A stretch of 64,000 bases of DNA from the NCBI GenBank assembly GCA_963713045.1, contig CAVQKE010000004.1:320001-384000 (forward strand). Reading direction: 5' to 3'. Position 1 is the stretch's first letter. Each line of letters starts with the position of its first letter. A program made the translations under genes and the position numbers. Under the pieces are notes generated by a model that saw only the letters and a program-made list of their open reading frames with translations, was not told the DNA's origin and did not search any database. The DNA is from an uncultured delta proteobacterium. GTDB taxonomy: Bacteria; Myxococcota; Myxococcia; Myxococcales; Myxococcaceae. This document shows, piece by piece, positions 31,534 through 40,959 of the stretch.

Positions 31534-32384
31534 GGCGTCCCCCGGGTGAGGTGCGAGCGCTGACTCTCAACGACTTGCCTGGGTGCGAGGCCCTCTGCGC
31601 TGCCATCCACTGGCCGTGGGAGAGGCAGAAGTGGCACCTCCTCTTGTCCCAAGGCGAAGGCTTCGGCGTGGAGGCGCCGGACGGCTCGCTGGTCGGCACC
31701 GTGGTCCTCAACCGCTTCGGGGATGCGGCCGCCAGCGTCGGCCTGATGGGCGTTGCCCCAGCCTGGGGCCGCCGGGGGCTGGGCCGGGCGCTGATGGAGG
31801 CCGCCCTGGACAGGGCCGGGCCCATGCCGGTCTTCCTTTACGCCACGGCCCAGGGGCAGGCCCTCTACGCCCAACTGGGCTTCCGCATCGCCGGTAGCGT
31901 CTGTCGCTTCGTCGGCAGCCGGCGGCGACGCGCCGCCGCGCCCCTGCTGAATGGCCGGCAGCTTCGGCGCATGGGGGCGGCGGACTTGGCCGAAGTGTCG
32001 CAACTCGACGAAGTCGCCTTCGGTGCCCCGCGGGCCGGCTACCTGGAAGCACTTTTCGCGATGGCGGACGAGGCGCGGGTGGTGGAGGAGGGCCAGCAGC
32101 TGGTGGGTTATGGCCTCGGCTGGTGCGCGGGCGCGCGGCGGACGCTTGGGCCCGTTGTCGCGGCGGATTCCTTGGTGGCGCTTGCGCTGGCGGAGGAGCT
32201 TTCCCAGGGCCACCCCGGCCCACTGCGCATCGACGTGCCAGCCGACTGTCCGGAACTCCTGGGGTGGGCGACCGCTTTCGGGCTGGTGGCCGACCCGCCC
32301 GCCCCGTTGATGGTTCTCCATGCCAGCTCGCCTCCGGGGCGCCGCCAATGGCTGCGCGCCCTGGCCATGCCCGGCCTCGGGTGA
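31530..32384 (+). CDS. GNAT acetyltransferase (YitH-like, two-domain)
   Basis: RRGLGRALM, ATAQGQALYAQLGF and GPVVA. Confidence 0.85.
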   Translation: MRRPPGEVRALTLNDLPGCEALCAAIHWPWERQKWHLLLSQGEGFGVEAPDGSLVGTVVLNRFGDAAASVGLMGVAPAWGRRGLGRALMEAALDRAGPMPVFLYATAQGQALYAQLGFRIAGSVCRFVGSRRRRAAAPLLNGRQLRRMGAADLAEVSQLDEVAFGAPRAGYLEALFAMADEARVVEEGQQLVGYGLGWCAGARRTLGPVVAADSLVALALAEELSQGHPGPLRIDVPADCPELLGWATAFGLVADPPAPLMVLHASSPPGRRQWLRALAMPGLG

Positions 32385-32396
32385 CGGGACGGCCTT

Positions 32397-33185
32397 TTAC
32401 GGGGAAAAGCCTTCGAGAAACCGGGCGAGGACCTGGTTGAAGGAGGCAGCGACTTCCAGGGAAGGCAGGTGGCCGGCGCCGGGGAATACGGCCAGGGTGG
32501 CCTGGGAGGTGAGGCTCGCCATCTCGCGGGCCTTGGCCGGTGGCGTGAGGACGTCGTCTGCGCCCACCGCCACCAGGACAGGGCCGGCAAAGCGGGCGAG
32601 AATGTCTCGGCGGTCGGGGCGAAGTGCCATGCCCCGCAGCGCCGCGGCGGCGCCGGCCGGCGGATTGGCGCGGATGAGGTCCGCCACCAGCGTCCGGATT
32701 TCCTCGGACGCCGAAGGGCTCAGCAGAGGCGCCAGCTGCCGCCTGACCAGCACCCCCATCCCCCCGGCGAGGACTTCCTGGGCCAGGGCTTCCCGGGCAG
32801 CGCGGGTCGCCTCGTTGTCTGCCCCCACCTGGGTGTCGGCCAGCACCAGGCCCCGGACGCGGCCGGGGTCCTGTTGGAGAAGTGCCAAGGCCACGTAGCC
32901 TCCCATGGAGGAGCCGCCCACCACCGCCGCCGGAATCCGAAGGTGGTCCAACAGCAGAAGGGCGTCCTCGGCCAGCTCCTCCATGGTGGCAGGGCCCTCG
33001 CCGGCGGCGCTTTGCCCAAAGCCGCGGAGGTCTGGAATCACGAAGCGCGCCTGGGAGGAGAGGGCCGACACCTGTGGGTGGAAGAGGGCGCCGGAGAGGG
33101 GAAAGGAATGCAACAGGAGCACCGGCACCCCGGTGCCCGAGTCCTCGAAGTGAAGCCGCAGGCCTCGCGCGGTGAAGAATCCCAT
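32397..33185 (-). CDS. Alpha/beta hydrolase
   Basis: LLHSFP, PDLRGFGQS, GSSMGG nucleophile elbow, GADD and AGHL. Confidence 0.9.
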   Translation of the reverse strand: MGFFTARGLRLHFEDSGTGVPVLLLHSFPLSGALFHPQVSALSSQARFVIPDLRGFGQSAAGEGPATMEELAEDALLLLDHLRIPAAVVGGSSMGGYVALALLQQDPGRVRGLVLADTQVGADNEATRAAREALAQEVLAGGMGVLVRRQLAPLLSPSASEEIRTLVADLIRANPPAGAAAALRGMALRPDRRDILARFAGPVLVAVGADDVLTPPAKAREMASLTSQATLAVFPGAGHLPSLEVAASFNQVLARFLEGFSP

Positions 33186-33277
33186 GGCTGGGCGGCGCTC
33201 CCTTTCTTGGACCGAGGGCAGGCTTCCCTGGCAAGCTAGTCGAGACGCACGCACCTCGCACTGGCGCCCCTCTGCCC

Positions 33278-34462
33278 TTGTCCCAACCCCCCTCGCTTCC
33301 CCCCAAGCTTGACGGCGTCCTGCTTCAGGTTCCGGACCCGGCGCTCGCCGCCCGGCTGCGCACGGTGTTTCGGGCAGCGGCCCACACGCTGCACCAGCTT
33401 TCGGACGTGGATTTCGTCCGCTATGAAATACCGGTTGGTGACGCCTCCTGGGATTTGGCCCTGTGGGAGGAGGTGGCGCCGGTCATTGCCGAGACGGTGA
33501 AGGGCGTCAACACCCTGGTGACGTCGGTGCGCAGCGAGCTCGAGCCCCGGGCGCACGGGACGGACCTGGCCTCGCTGCTGGATGCCACGGTGGAGGAAGT
33601 GTCCGTCGACCCGGACCGAATCCGCACGGCAGAAGTGCAGCGCACCCTCCGGCGGGAATCCGATGAACTGGCGGCTTTGGTTGCTCAGCTGGGAGAGCGG
33701 GTGCGCACGCCGGCGGTGGTGTCCGACCGCTGGAACCTCCTGGCGGAGGTGCAGTCATTCCGCAGCCGCTTCCGCGAGCAGGTCGGGAACCTGGTTTTCG
33801 ACGTGGCCAGCCGGTACGCGGACCTCCCGCGCGAGGCGCTGGTTCCTGGTCATGCCGAGGAACTCGAAGCCGCGCTCGCCGTCCGCTCGGCCTTGGCTGA
33901 CTTGCGGCGGACCGTCGATGGCCGCTGTCAGGCCCTGCGCGGGGCAAAGTTTGAAGACGTCCAATGGCACGCCTCTCAGCTGGGTGCTGAGCTCGACGCC
34001 TTCGGCGGGAGCCCCGCCTACCGCTCGCTGCGCGCGCAAGACAAGCGCTTCCTGGTGGAGGCACGGGCCCGGCTTCGGGGGGTGAAGACGGACATTGCCG
34101 GGGCAGGCGAGCTCATCCTCACCTTCGCGGGCGAATTCGCCACCTGGCTGCGCGGTCTGTCGGCCGTCAGCCAACGGGCGATGCTGGTCGAACACGACCA
34201 CGCCGCCTGGGCGGCGACCGCGGTGCGGTTGGAGCAGGCCGAGGAGTGGCTCGGCGCGCACCCCGCGCGCGCCGCCCGGGAGCTCGCCGAGGCCGCGGTT
34301 CTTGCTCGGCAGCTGCACGGACGAGACGCCCCGTTGGACGACTTCCTTGGGAGCCACAGCCCCGAGATGCTGGCGCAGTTGCCCCCGGCGGAGGCCCGGA
34401 CGGTGGTGGAGGACTTCCGCCGCGTGCTGGCTGGACTGGCCGAAACCGAGTCGGACGGCTGA
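33278..34462 (+). CDS. Hypothetical alpha-helical protein
   Basis: 394-aa ORF with host-like composition at the head of a plus-strand gene run. No motif recognised. Confidence 0.7.
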   Translation: MSQPPSLPPKLDGVLLQVPDPALAARLRTVFRAAAHTLHQLSDVDFVRYEIPVGDASWDLALWEEVAPVIAETVKGVNTLVTSVRSELEPRAHGTDLASLLDATVEEVSVDPDRIRTAEVQRTLRRESDELAALVAQLGERVRTPAVVSDRWNLLAEVQSFRSRFREQVGNLVFDVASRYADLPREALVPGHAEELEAALAVRSALADLRRTVDGRCQALRGAKFEDVQWHASQLGAELDAFGGSPAYRSLRAQDKRFLVEARARLRGVKTDIAGAGELILTFAGEFATWLRGLSAVSQRAMLVEHDHAAWAATAVRLEQAEEWLGAHPARAARELAEAAVLARQLHGRDAPLDDFLGSHSPEMLAQLPPAEARTVVEDFRRVLAGLAETESDG

Positions 34463-34485
34463 CGCGTGTGGCTGCGACGTCAGCC

Positions 34486-35274
34486 ATGACGCCGCTCAAG
34501 TCGGCCAACCTCCGCCACGTCCGCGGCGTCTTCACCGACGTCGACGGCACGCTGACCACCGGGGGGCTCCTGCGCGCCTCCACCCTCCGCGCGCTGGAGC
34601 GACTGCACCAGGCTGGGCTTCCGGTGGTGCTGGTGACTGGACGGCCGTCGGGCTACGCCGAGGCATGGCTGCGGACGCTTCCCGTGGCTGGCGTGATTGC
34701 TGAAAATGGGGGCCTCTATGTGGTGCGAGGCCGTGCTGGGAGACTGCGCAAGGTGTATGCGCAATCGCGGCTGGCGCGGGCCCGCAGCCGGGGACGACTG
34801 GTCCGGGAAGTCGCCGCCGCGCTTCTGGCCGTCCCGGGAGCGCGACTCTCGACGGACAGTCGGTTTGCCGAGGTGGACTTGGCGGTGGACTACAACGAGG
34901 ACGTGAAACTCGGCGCCCGTGCCGCGGGAAGGCTGGAAACCTTCCTCCGAAGCCGTGGGCTGCACGCCGTGCGCTCCAGCGTGCACGTCAACGCTTGGGT
35001 GGGAAACTTCAACAAGGCGTGGATGGTGCGGCGCTTCTTACGTCAAGAGTGGCGCAGTAGCCTCCAGAAGGCCCAGCAGGCCTTTGTCTACGTGGGAGAC
35101 AGCTTCAACGACGCTCCGTTGTTTGCCGCCTTCCATCTCAGCATTGGGGTAGCCAACGTCCGCGCCGTCTTGGACGAACTGAGTGACCCACCCCGTTACG
35201 TGACGCGGGCCGCCGAGGGCCGCGGCTTCGAGGAAGTCGCACGGGCGCTTCTTCGGCAAAAGGCGCGACGGTGA
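34486..35274 (+). CDS. HAD-IIB family hydrolase
   Basis: TDVDGTLT, VTGRP, ENGG and VGDSFND. Confidence 0.88.
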   Translation: MTPLKSANLRHVRGVFTDVDGTLTTGGLLRASTLRALERLHQAGLPVVLVTGRPSGYAEAWLRTLPVAGVIAENGGLYVVRGRAGRLRKVYAQSRLARARSRGRLVREVAAALLAVPGARLSTDSRFAEVDLAVDYNEDVKLGARAAGRLETFLRSRGLHAVRSSVHVNAWVGNFNKAWMVRRFLRQEWRSSLQKAQQAFVYVGDSFNDAPLFAAFHLSIGVANVRAVLDELSDPPRYVTRAAEGRGFEEVARALLRQKARR

Positions 35275-36473
35275 ACGTCGTCCGCCTGGCGCTGCGCCCC
35301 GGCCTGGCGCGCCATCTGCGTGCCGGGCACCCCTGGGTATTCCGCAAGGGCCTTCAAGGGTTGCCACGCATTCCGCCGGGGAGCGTGGTGGACCTCACCG
35401 AAGGGGGAAAATTCGTCGCCCGCGGCTACTTCGACCCGCACAGTCCGATTGCGGTGCGCGTCCTCACCCGGGACGTGCGAGAGGCGATTGACCAGACCTT
35501 CGTCGAGGGCAGAGTGGCGCGGGCCCTGCGCTTGCGACGGCAGCTGCTGGACCTCTCGGCCACCGACGCCTTCCGCTGGGTCCACGGGGAAGGCGATGGG
35601 CTCCCCGGCGTGGTGGTGGACCTCTACGGCCGCCTGGCGGTGGTTAAGCTGTATTCGGCCGGGCTGACTGCGTACCGGCCGATGCTGGTGTCGGCGCTGC
35701 GCTCGGTGCTGCCCGAACTCACCGGCATTCTCGGCCGTGACCAGCCCGGCGACGGCGACACGCTGGAAGAGGACGAGGGGCGGGGCGGGGGGCGGCTGCT
35801 GTGGGGTGCGGCGCCGGAAACACTCACCATCCAGGAAAAGGGAGTCCGCTTTCGCGTCGACCCCTGGCGCGGGCAGAAGACGGGTTTCTTCCTCGACCAG
35901 CGCGAGAACCGCGCCCTGGTGCGCTCCGTGGCGCGGGGGGCGCGGGTCCTCAACTGTTTTTGCTTCTCCGGCGGCTTCAGCGTCAACGCGGCGTTGGGAG
36001 GCGCAACCCACGTCTTTAGCGTCGACCAGGACGCAGACGCCATTGCCCTCGCCCGCGAGAATTTCCGCGAGAACGGCCTTGACCCTGAGCGCCATGACTT
36101 CCTCGCCGCCGACGCCTTTCGCCTCCTCCAGTCCTTTCGGGAGGAGGGGCGGCAGTTTGAGATGGTGGTGCTTGACCCGCCGGCCTTTGCCAAGACGCAG
36201 CGGGCGGTGGAGGCGGCGCTGGACGGCTACGCCTCGTTGAATCGCCAGGCCCTGGCGCTGGTTGCGCCGGGGGGCCTGCTGGCCACCTCCTCCTGCTCGG
36301 CCCGGGTGTCGCCGGAGGCCTTTCTCGCAGCGCTGAAGGAGGCCGCGGGCAAAGCGGGTGTCGACTTGACGCTGGTGGAGGAGCGCTACCAACCGGCCGA
36401 CCATCCCGTCGCGCTCGCCTTTCCAGAGGGCCGCTACCTGAAATTCCACATTTTCCGGGTGCAGCCGTGGTGA
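35271..36473 (+). CDS. RlmI/RlmK-like rRNA methyltransferase
   Basis: GHPWVF, GEGDGLPG, GQKTGFFLDQRENR, DPPAF and YLK. Confidence 0.9.
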   Translation: MNVVRLALRPGLARHLRAGHPWVFRKGLQGLPRIPPGSVVDLTEGGKFVARGYFDPHSPIAVRVLTRDVREAIDQTFVEGRVARALRLRRQLLDLSATDAFRWVHGEGDGLPGVVVDLYGRLAVVKLYSAGLTAYRPMLVSALRSVLPELTGILGRDQPGDGDTLEEDEGRGGGRLLWGAAPETLTIQEKGVRFRVDPWRGQKTGFFLDQRENRALVRSVARGARVLNCFCFSGGFSVNAALGGATHVFSVDQDADAIALARENFRENGLDPERHDFLAADAFRLLQSFREEGRQFEMVVLDPPAFAKTQRAVEAALDGYASLNRQALALVAPGGLLATSSCSARVSPEAFLAALKEAAGKAGVDLTLVEERYQPADHPVALAFPEGRYLKFHIFRVQPW

Positions 36474-37095
36474 CCAAAGGGCAGTTTTTGGAACGCTCCA
36501 CCATCATCCCGACGGCGGGCGGTGTCCTCGAAGGCCTCTCGCACCGCGGAACGCTGACTCCGCCGCTCCTCATCGTCCCGCCCCCCCCGGGAAGGGCGGG
36601 ATGGAGCAGCCGGTGGCGGCGGAACTGGCCTGGGCCGTCACCCAGGCTGGCCACCCCACGCTGCGCTTCAACTTTCGCGGCGTCGGTGCAAGTGCCGGGC
36701 AGCCCGGAGGCGAGCAGGCCCAAGCGCAGGACATTGAGGCCGCGATGCGCGTGCTGGAGGAGAACACCCGCACCGCGGCTTTGGCCCTGGCCTCGCTCGG
36801 GGGCTCGGCTGCGACGGTGCTGGGTCTTGAAGGCATGCACCCCGGGCTGGCCGGGCTAGCGCTGGTCAGTCCGCTGGGCGTGGAGGTGGAGGAGCTGGCG
36901 CGGGTGCGACATCCGCTGTTGGTGGTGGTGGGGGAGCAGGAGCCGCTCCCGCGCGCTGCCCTGGCGGCCGCGGTGGCCGAGGCCGGTGGGAGGCTGGTGG
37001 TGGTTGCGGGTACCGATGCGCGCTTTCTTCGCAACCTCCCGGAGGTGGGCCGCGCTGTGGCCCAATGGCTGCCAGGGCTCGCGCCAAGTGCTTGA
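36467..37095 (+). CDS. Alpha/beta hydrolase-like protein frameshifted at a C8 run (36581-36588)
   Basis: First frame gives LEGLSHRG...LLIVPPP. The shifted frame continues GGMEQPV...TLRFNFRGVGAS and ASLGG. One extra C joins them. Confidence 0.75.
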
Positions 37096-37182
37096 AAGGA
37101 CGGGCCATGGCGCACTGGGACAATGGCGCCGCGGTTTCTGCGTAAGAAGGTAGATTGCTGCGGAGGTTGGAAGAGCGTGTCC

Positions 37183-38951
37183 ATGCGCGCGGTGGTGGTG
37201 GGAGTGTTGGGCAGTGCGTTGGTGGCCTGCAGCGCTGGGCCGCGCCATGACAAGCGGACCCGCGCCGGGGACGAAACGGCTGGCCGGGTGCCGGGGCGCG
37301 TGGTGGTGGACTTCCGCGACGGCACCTCGGCGGAGGAGCTTGCCGAGCGCGCGGCAAGCTGGGGCGTCTCGGTTCGCTTTAACTCGGTCGAGGGGCCGCG
37401 GGACGGCGTCGCACTCATCGACGGCGTCGAGGACGTGGACGCGCTGCTGCACACCATTCGGCAAAGCCCCGACGTCGAGTTGGCCGAGCCCCTGCTGACC
37501 TACCAGGCCCAAGCGTGGAGTCCGAACGACCCGCTCTACCCCAAGCAGTGGAACCTCCGGCTCATCGGCATGCCCGAGGCCTGGGAGATGTCGCATGGCA
37601 AGGGCGTCACCGTCGCCGTGTTGGACACCGGCATCGCCTATGAGACGAGCGGTCCCTTCGTCCGAGTGCCAGACCTCCAGGGCGTCCGTTTCGCCCCGGG
37701 GTACGACTTCGTGCATGACGGCGAGCACCCCAACGACGACAACGGCCACGGGACGCACGTGGCGGGCACCATCGCCCAGGCCACCAACAACGGCGAGGGC
37801 GTCGCGGGGATTGCTTTCGAAGCGACGCTGATGCCCATCAAGGTTCTGGACGCGGCCGGCACTGGGAACTCGGCCGACATCGCCGATGGCATCCGCTGGG
37901 CAGTGGACCACGGCGCCCAGGTGCTGAACCTCTCCCTGGGTGGTTTCGGCTACAGCCGCGTCATCGAAAATGCGGTGGCCTATGCCAGGCGCCACGGAGC
38001 GGTGGTGGTGGCGGCGGCCGGCAACCATGGGGCCGGAACGGTGGCCTACCCGGCGGCCTACGCCGGCGCCGTCGGCGTCGGTGCAGTCGGGCCGGATGGG
38101 ACGCGAACGCCGTACTCAGCCTGGGGAGAACAGCTGGACCTCTTGGCGCCCGGTGGCGACAAGCGGCAGGGCGAGGAGGGAGGCATTCTGCAAGCCACCA
38201 TCGCCAAAGGCGCTCCGGGCCAGCCCCTGTACGCTTCCTTTCAGGGCACCTCCATGGCGACCCCGCACGTCTCGGGTGTCGCGGCGCTTCTTTTCGCCGC
38301 GGGCGCGAAAACGCCGGACCAGGTGGAGCAGGCCCTGTACGCCGGTGCCTCCGGCGCAGGGGGTTGGGACGCCCAGCGCGGGCACGGGCTGTTGGATGCC
38401 GCTGGGGCGTTGCGCGCGCTGGGGGCGAGCAGGCCGGTGGACTGGCAGCCGCTGGCCGCGAGCGTGGCCATCCTGATGCTGCTGCTTCTTTCGCTGAATC
38501 CCAAAGTGCGCCCCGGGGGCGTCCTCAACGTCCTACTCGACCCGAAGTTGCTTCTGCCCCTGTTGCTCTCCTCGGTAGGCTTTTTCGTCCTTCGTGTCAT
38601 CTGGCAGAAGTGGGTGGGAAGTTCCCCGGCCGCGGTGAACGCGCTCTCCTTGCCCATTCCGGACTGGAGCGAATCATCTTCGGACGAGGCCGGCTGGCCC
38701 ACCCCTTCTTCTACAGCGCGCTGGTGCCGTTGCTGCTAGCGGTGCCGGCGATGGCTTGGAAGGGCTTCCGGCCGGTGGCGGCCGGGATTGCCCTCGGCTT
38801 TGCCGGTTTTCTGGCCTACGCCGCCTGGACGCAGGCTCCCGGGCTGTCCTGGCTGCCCTTTCGGGCCTTGGCGCTGCCGTGGCTGGTGGGCAATGCCATT
38901 GCCTGCGCCGTGCTTGCCCGGGCACTGTTGGCGAAGCGGGAGAAGGCATGA
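37183..38951 (+). CDS. S8 subtilisin-like lipoprotease with C-terminal multi-TM region; frameshift near 38666
   Basis: LVAC lipobox and catalytic triad VLDTG, HGTHVAG, GTSMATPHV. After PIPDW, the sequence ERIIFGRG...FFYSALVP...KREKA continues in a shifted frame to the TGA at 38951. Confidence 0.88.
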
Positions 38952-39160
38952 AACTGAAGGGCCGCGTGACATTTCGGGACTTGGGTGCCGGGGCGTGGGT
39001 GCTGGAAGCTGAGGATGGAAAGCACTACGAATTGCTGGGCGACACCGGACGGCTGAAGGACGGCGGGCGGGTGGAGGTGGAAGGCGACCTCGACGCCGGA
39101 GCAGTGAGCACCGCCATGGCTGGCGCTGCGCTCCGCGTGAAGCGCTGGACGTCGCGCTAG
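38948..39160 (+). CDS. Small beta-rich protein (DUF5818-like)
   Basis: 70 aa (MKLKGRV...GAWVLE...YEL...VEVEG). ATGA overlap with the protease stop. Confidence 0.7.
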   Translation: MKLKGRVTFRDLGAGAWVLEAEDGKHYELLGDTGRLKDGGRVEVEGDLDAGAVSTAMAGAALRVKRWTSR

Positions 39161-40284
39161 GGCGACTTCGCGCTGGACAGCGCGCGGGTGCGCTCGCCGA
39201 GCGCACGGCGGCTCTCCAAATAGCTGTCCAGGGAGGCCTTGCCAGCGTGGACGTTTTCCCGAAGCGCCTTCAAGTCGGCGCGCGCCGAGCGAACTTCGGC
39301 CGGCTCGTCGTCCCGGGCCACCGGCAGCTCGACCCGCCAGTCGGCCACGCCGAGCTCGACCCCCCTGCGGTCAAGGAGGAGCCAACCGAGGGCGCACACC
39401 GAGGCCGCCACCAGCCAGGGCGCAAAGGCGCGCCCCAGCGGTATGCGGGGTCGCTCGAAGTCCATCGGCCGCGCCTTCCCCCAGACGGATGGGAAATGCC
39501 GGGCCAATAGCAGAAGCATCAAGAGGGCGATGATGCCCATCCCCGCCATGCCGATGACTTGCGTCGTCGACATCTCCACCGCCGCTTCGGGCACGGAGTT
39601 TCGCCCGAGGAAGTACAGCGCGAGAGACGTCGCGTTGGTGGTGGCGTGGGCCACCATGCATGGCACCAGAGAACCGGTGCGCTGGAAGAGGAGCCCGAAG
39701 AGGAGCCCCAACTCGAGCAGCGCGGGAAACCACACCGGGTTGAGGTGGACCACGGCGAAGAGAAGCGCCGTTCGGGAAATGGCCTCGAAGGGGTGCCCTC
39801 CCGCCGCGGCCAGGCCCTGCTGCACCACGCCGCGGAACAAAAACTCCTCGCAGAAGGCCGCGGCGAACACCGTTCCTAGACAGAAGAGCCAGAGGTCCAA
39901 CGCGGAGAACTGGTCCAGGACGTGGGTGATGTCCACCACCTCGCGCCAGCTTTGTGGGGCCAAGTGCTCGCTGAGGGCGTTGATGGGGGCGGCCAGTCCA
40001 AAGAAATTCGCGAGCGCCAGGGCGAAGGCGAAGAGCACCGCCGGCCAGCCTGGCCAGCTCAACCGGACGTAGGCCGCCGGGGCGCGCCCGCTCCAGCGGG
40101 TGAGGGCCCAAGTGACACCCAACAGGCAGAACACTTCGTTGAACCAGACTCCGACCGCCGGGCTCAGCCGTTCGACAAAGAAACCGCCAACGGAAGCGAC
40201 GAGGAAGGCCGCCAGCGCGGCCCACGCCAGGCGCTGAGGTGGGACAAGCGGACGCGGGTCGGGGTTCACGGAGGAAAGCGCCAC
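39157..40284 (-). CDS. CPBP (CAAX/Abi) intramembrane glutamic endopeptidase
   Basis: EEFLFRG, FAVVH and HATTN, multi-TM. Confidence 0.88.
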   Translation of the reverse strand: MALSSVNPDPRPLVPPQRLAWAALAAFLVASVGGFFVERLSPAVGVWFNEVFCLLGVTWALTRWSGRAPAAYVRLSWPGWPAVLFAFALALANFFGLAAPINALSEHLAPQSWREVVDITHVLDQFSALDLWLFCLGTVFAAAFCEEFLFRGVVQQGLAAAGGHPFEAISRTALLFAVVHLNPVWFPALLELGLLFGLLFQRTGSLVPCMVAHATTNATSLALYFLGRNSVPEAAVEMSTTQVIGMAGMGIIALLMLLLLARHFPSVWGKARPMDFERPRIPLGRAFAPWLVAASVCALGWLLLDRRGVELGVADWRVELPVARDDEPAEVRSARADLKALRENVHAGKASLDSYLESRRALGERTRALSSAKSP

Positions 40285-40344
40285 AGAAACTTGCCACCCC
40301 TGGGGGCGCTGTGAAAGCCTCTTTGCGACTCAACTCCCCCTTCC

Positions 40345-40869
40345 ATGCTGCGCAAGTTCTGCATCCTCGCCTCGGCGACCCTGGTTGTCTCCGGTTGCCA
40401 TCGGCAGCCCGCTGCGCCTGATTCGCTGCCGGCGAGTTTTGCCGTGCAGAGGCTTTCCGGCGAGCACCTCACCGCGGCACAGATGCGAGGTTCGCCCTGG
40501 GTAGTCAACTTCTGGCTGCCCACTTGAAAGGTCTGCGCTCGGGAGTTGCCCGAGTTGGACGCGGTGGCGGCACAGATGGCGGGCACGCCAGTTCACTTTC
40601 TGGCCGTTTCCCTGGAGGCCGACGCGCGACGGGTGCGGGTCGCGGTCGAAACGCTCAAGCTGCGGCTGCCGGTGGCCACGGCCGAGTCGGAGATGCTGGG
40701 GCCGCTTGGGCTGGACAGCGTCCCGGCCACCATCTTCATCGACGCATCGGGCCGGGTCGTCGCCCGGGTGCGGACGGCCTCGGGGGAGGAGCTGAAGGCC
40801 CAAGCCGAGCAGCTGCTCGGTCCTTCGGCCGCTGCCGCGAGCACGCTGCCGAGGCTGGCGGCCCACTAG
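40345..40869 (+). CDS. Probable selenoprotein: lipoprotein TlpA/ResA-like thiol-disulfide oxidoreductase with a UxxC motif
   Basis: Lipobox VSGC. VVNFWLPT-TGA-KVC-ARELPEL is one frame with TGA at 40525-40527. FLAVS and SVPATIFIDASGRVV follow. Confidence 0.85.
40525..40560 (+). promoter_or_regulatory. Candidate bacterial SECIS element
   Basis: Upper stem CUCGGG (40538-43) / CCCGAG (40549-54). Loop AGUUG has G at position 2 and begins after a 16-nt spacer from the UGA. Lower stem GUCU (40531-34) / GGAC (40557-60). Confidence 0.75.
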
Positions 40870-40959
40870 GCTTTTTTGGGGGGGCTGGCCACCCGAAACC
40901 AGGGGCGACGCCCGGGCGCACCCTCCGCCGCTAGGCTTTGAAACGACATCCCTCTTGCC

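Noticed and set aside
38660..38675. Programmed frameshifting in the S8 protease or dnaK
   Set aside because: No slippery heptamer. Three separate 1-nt deletions in the window point to assembly indel errors.
40345..40869. Calling the TlpA-like gene a nonsense pseudogene
   Set aside because: The stop is TGA exactly at the catalytic Cys position with a SECIS-like hairpin, so Sec recoding fits better, pending a check for sel genes.
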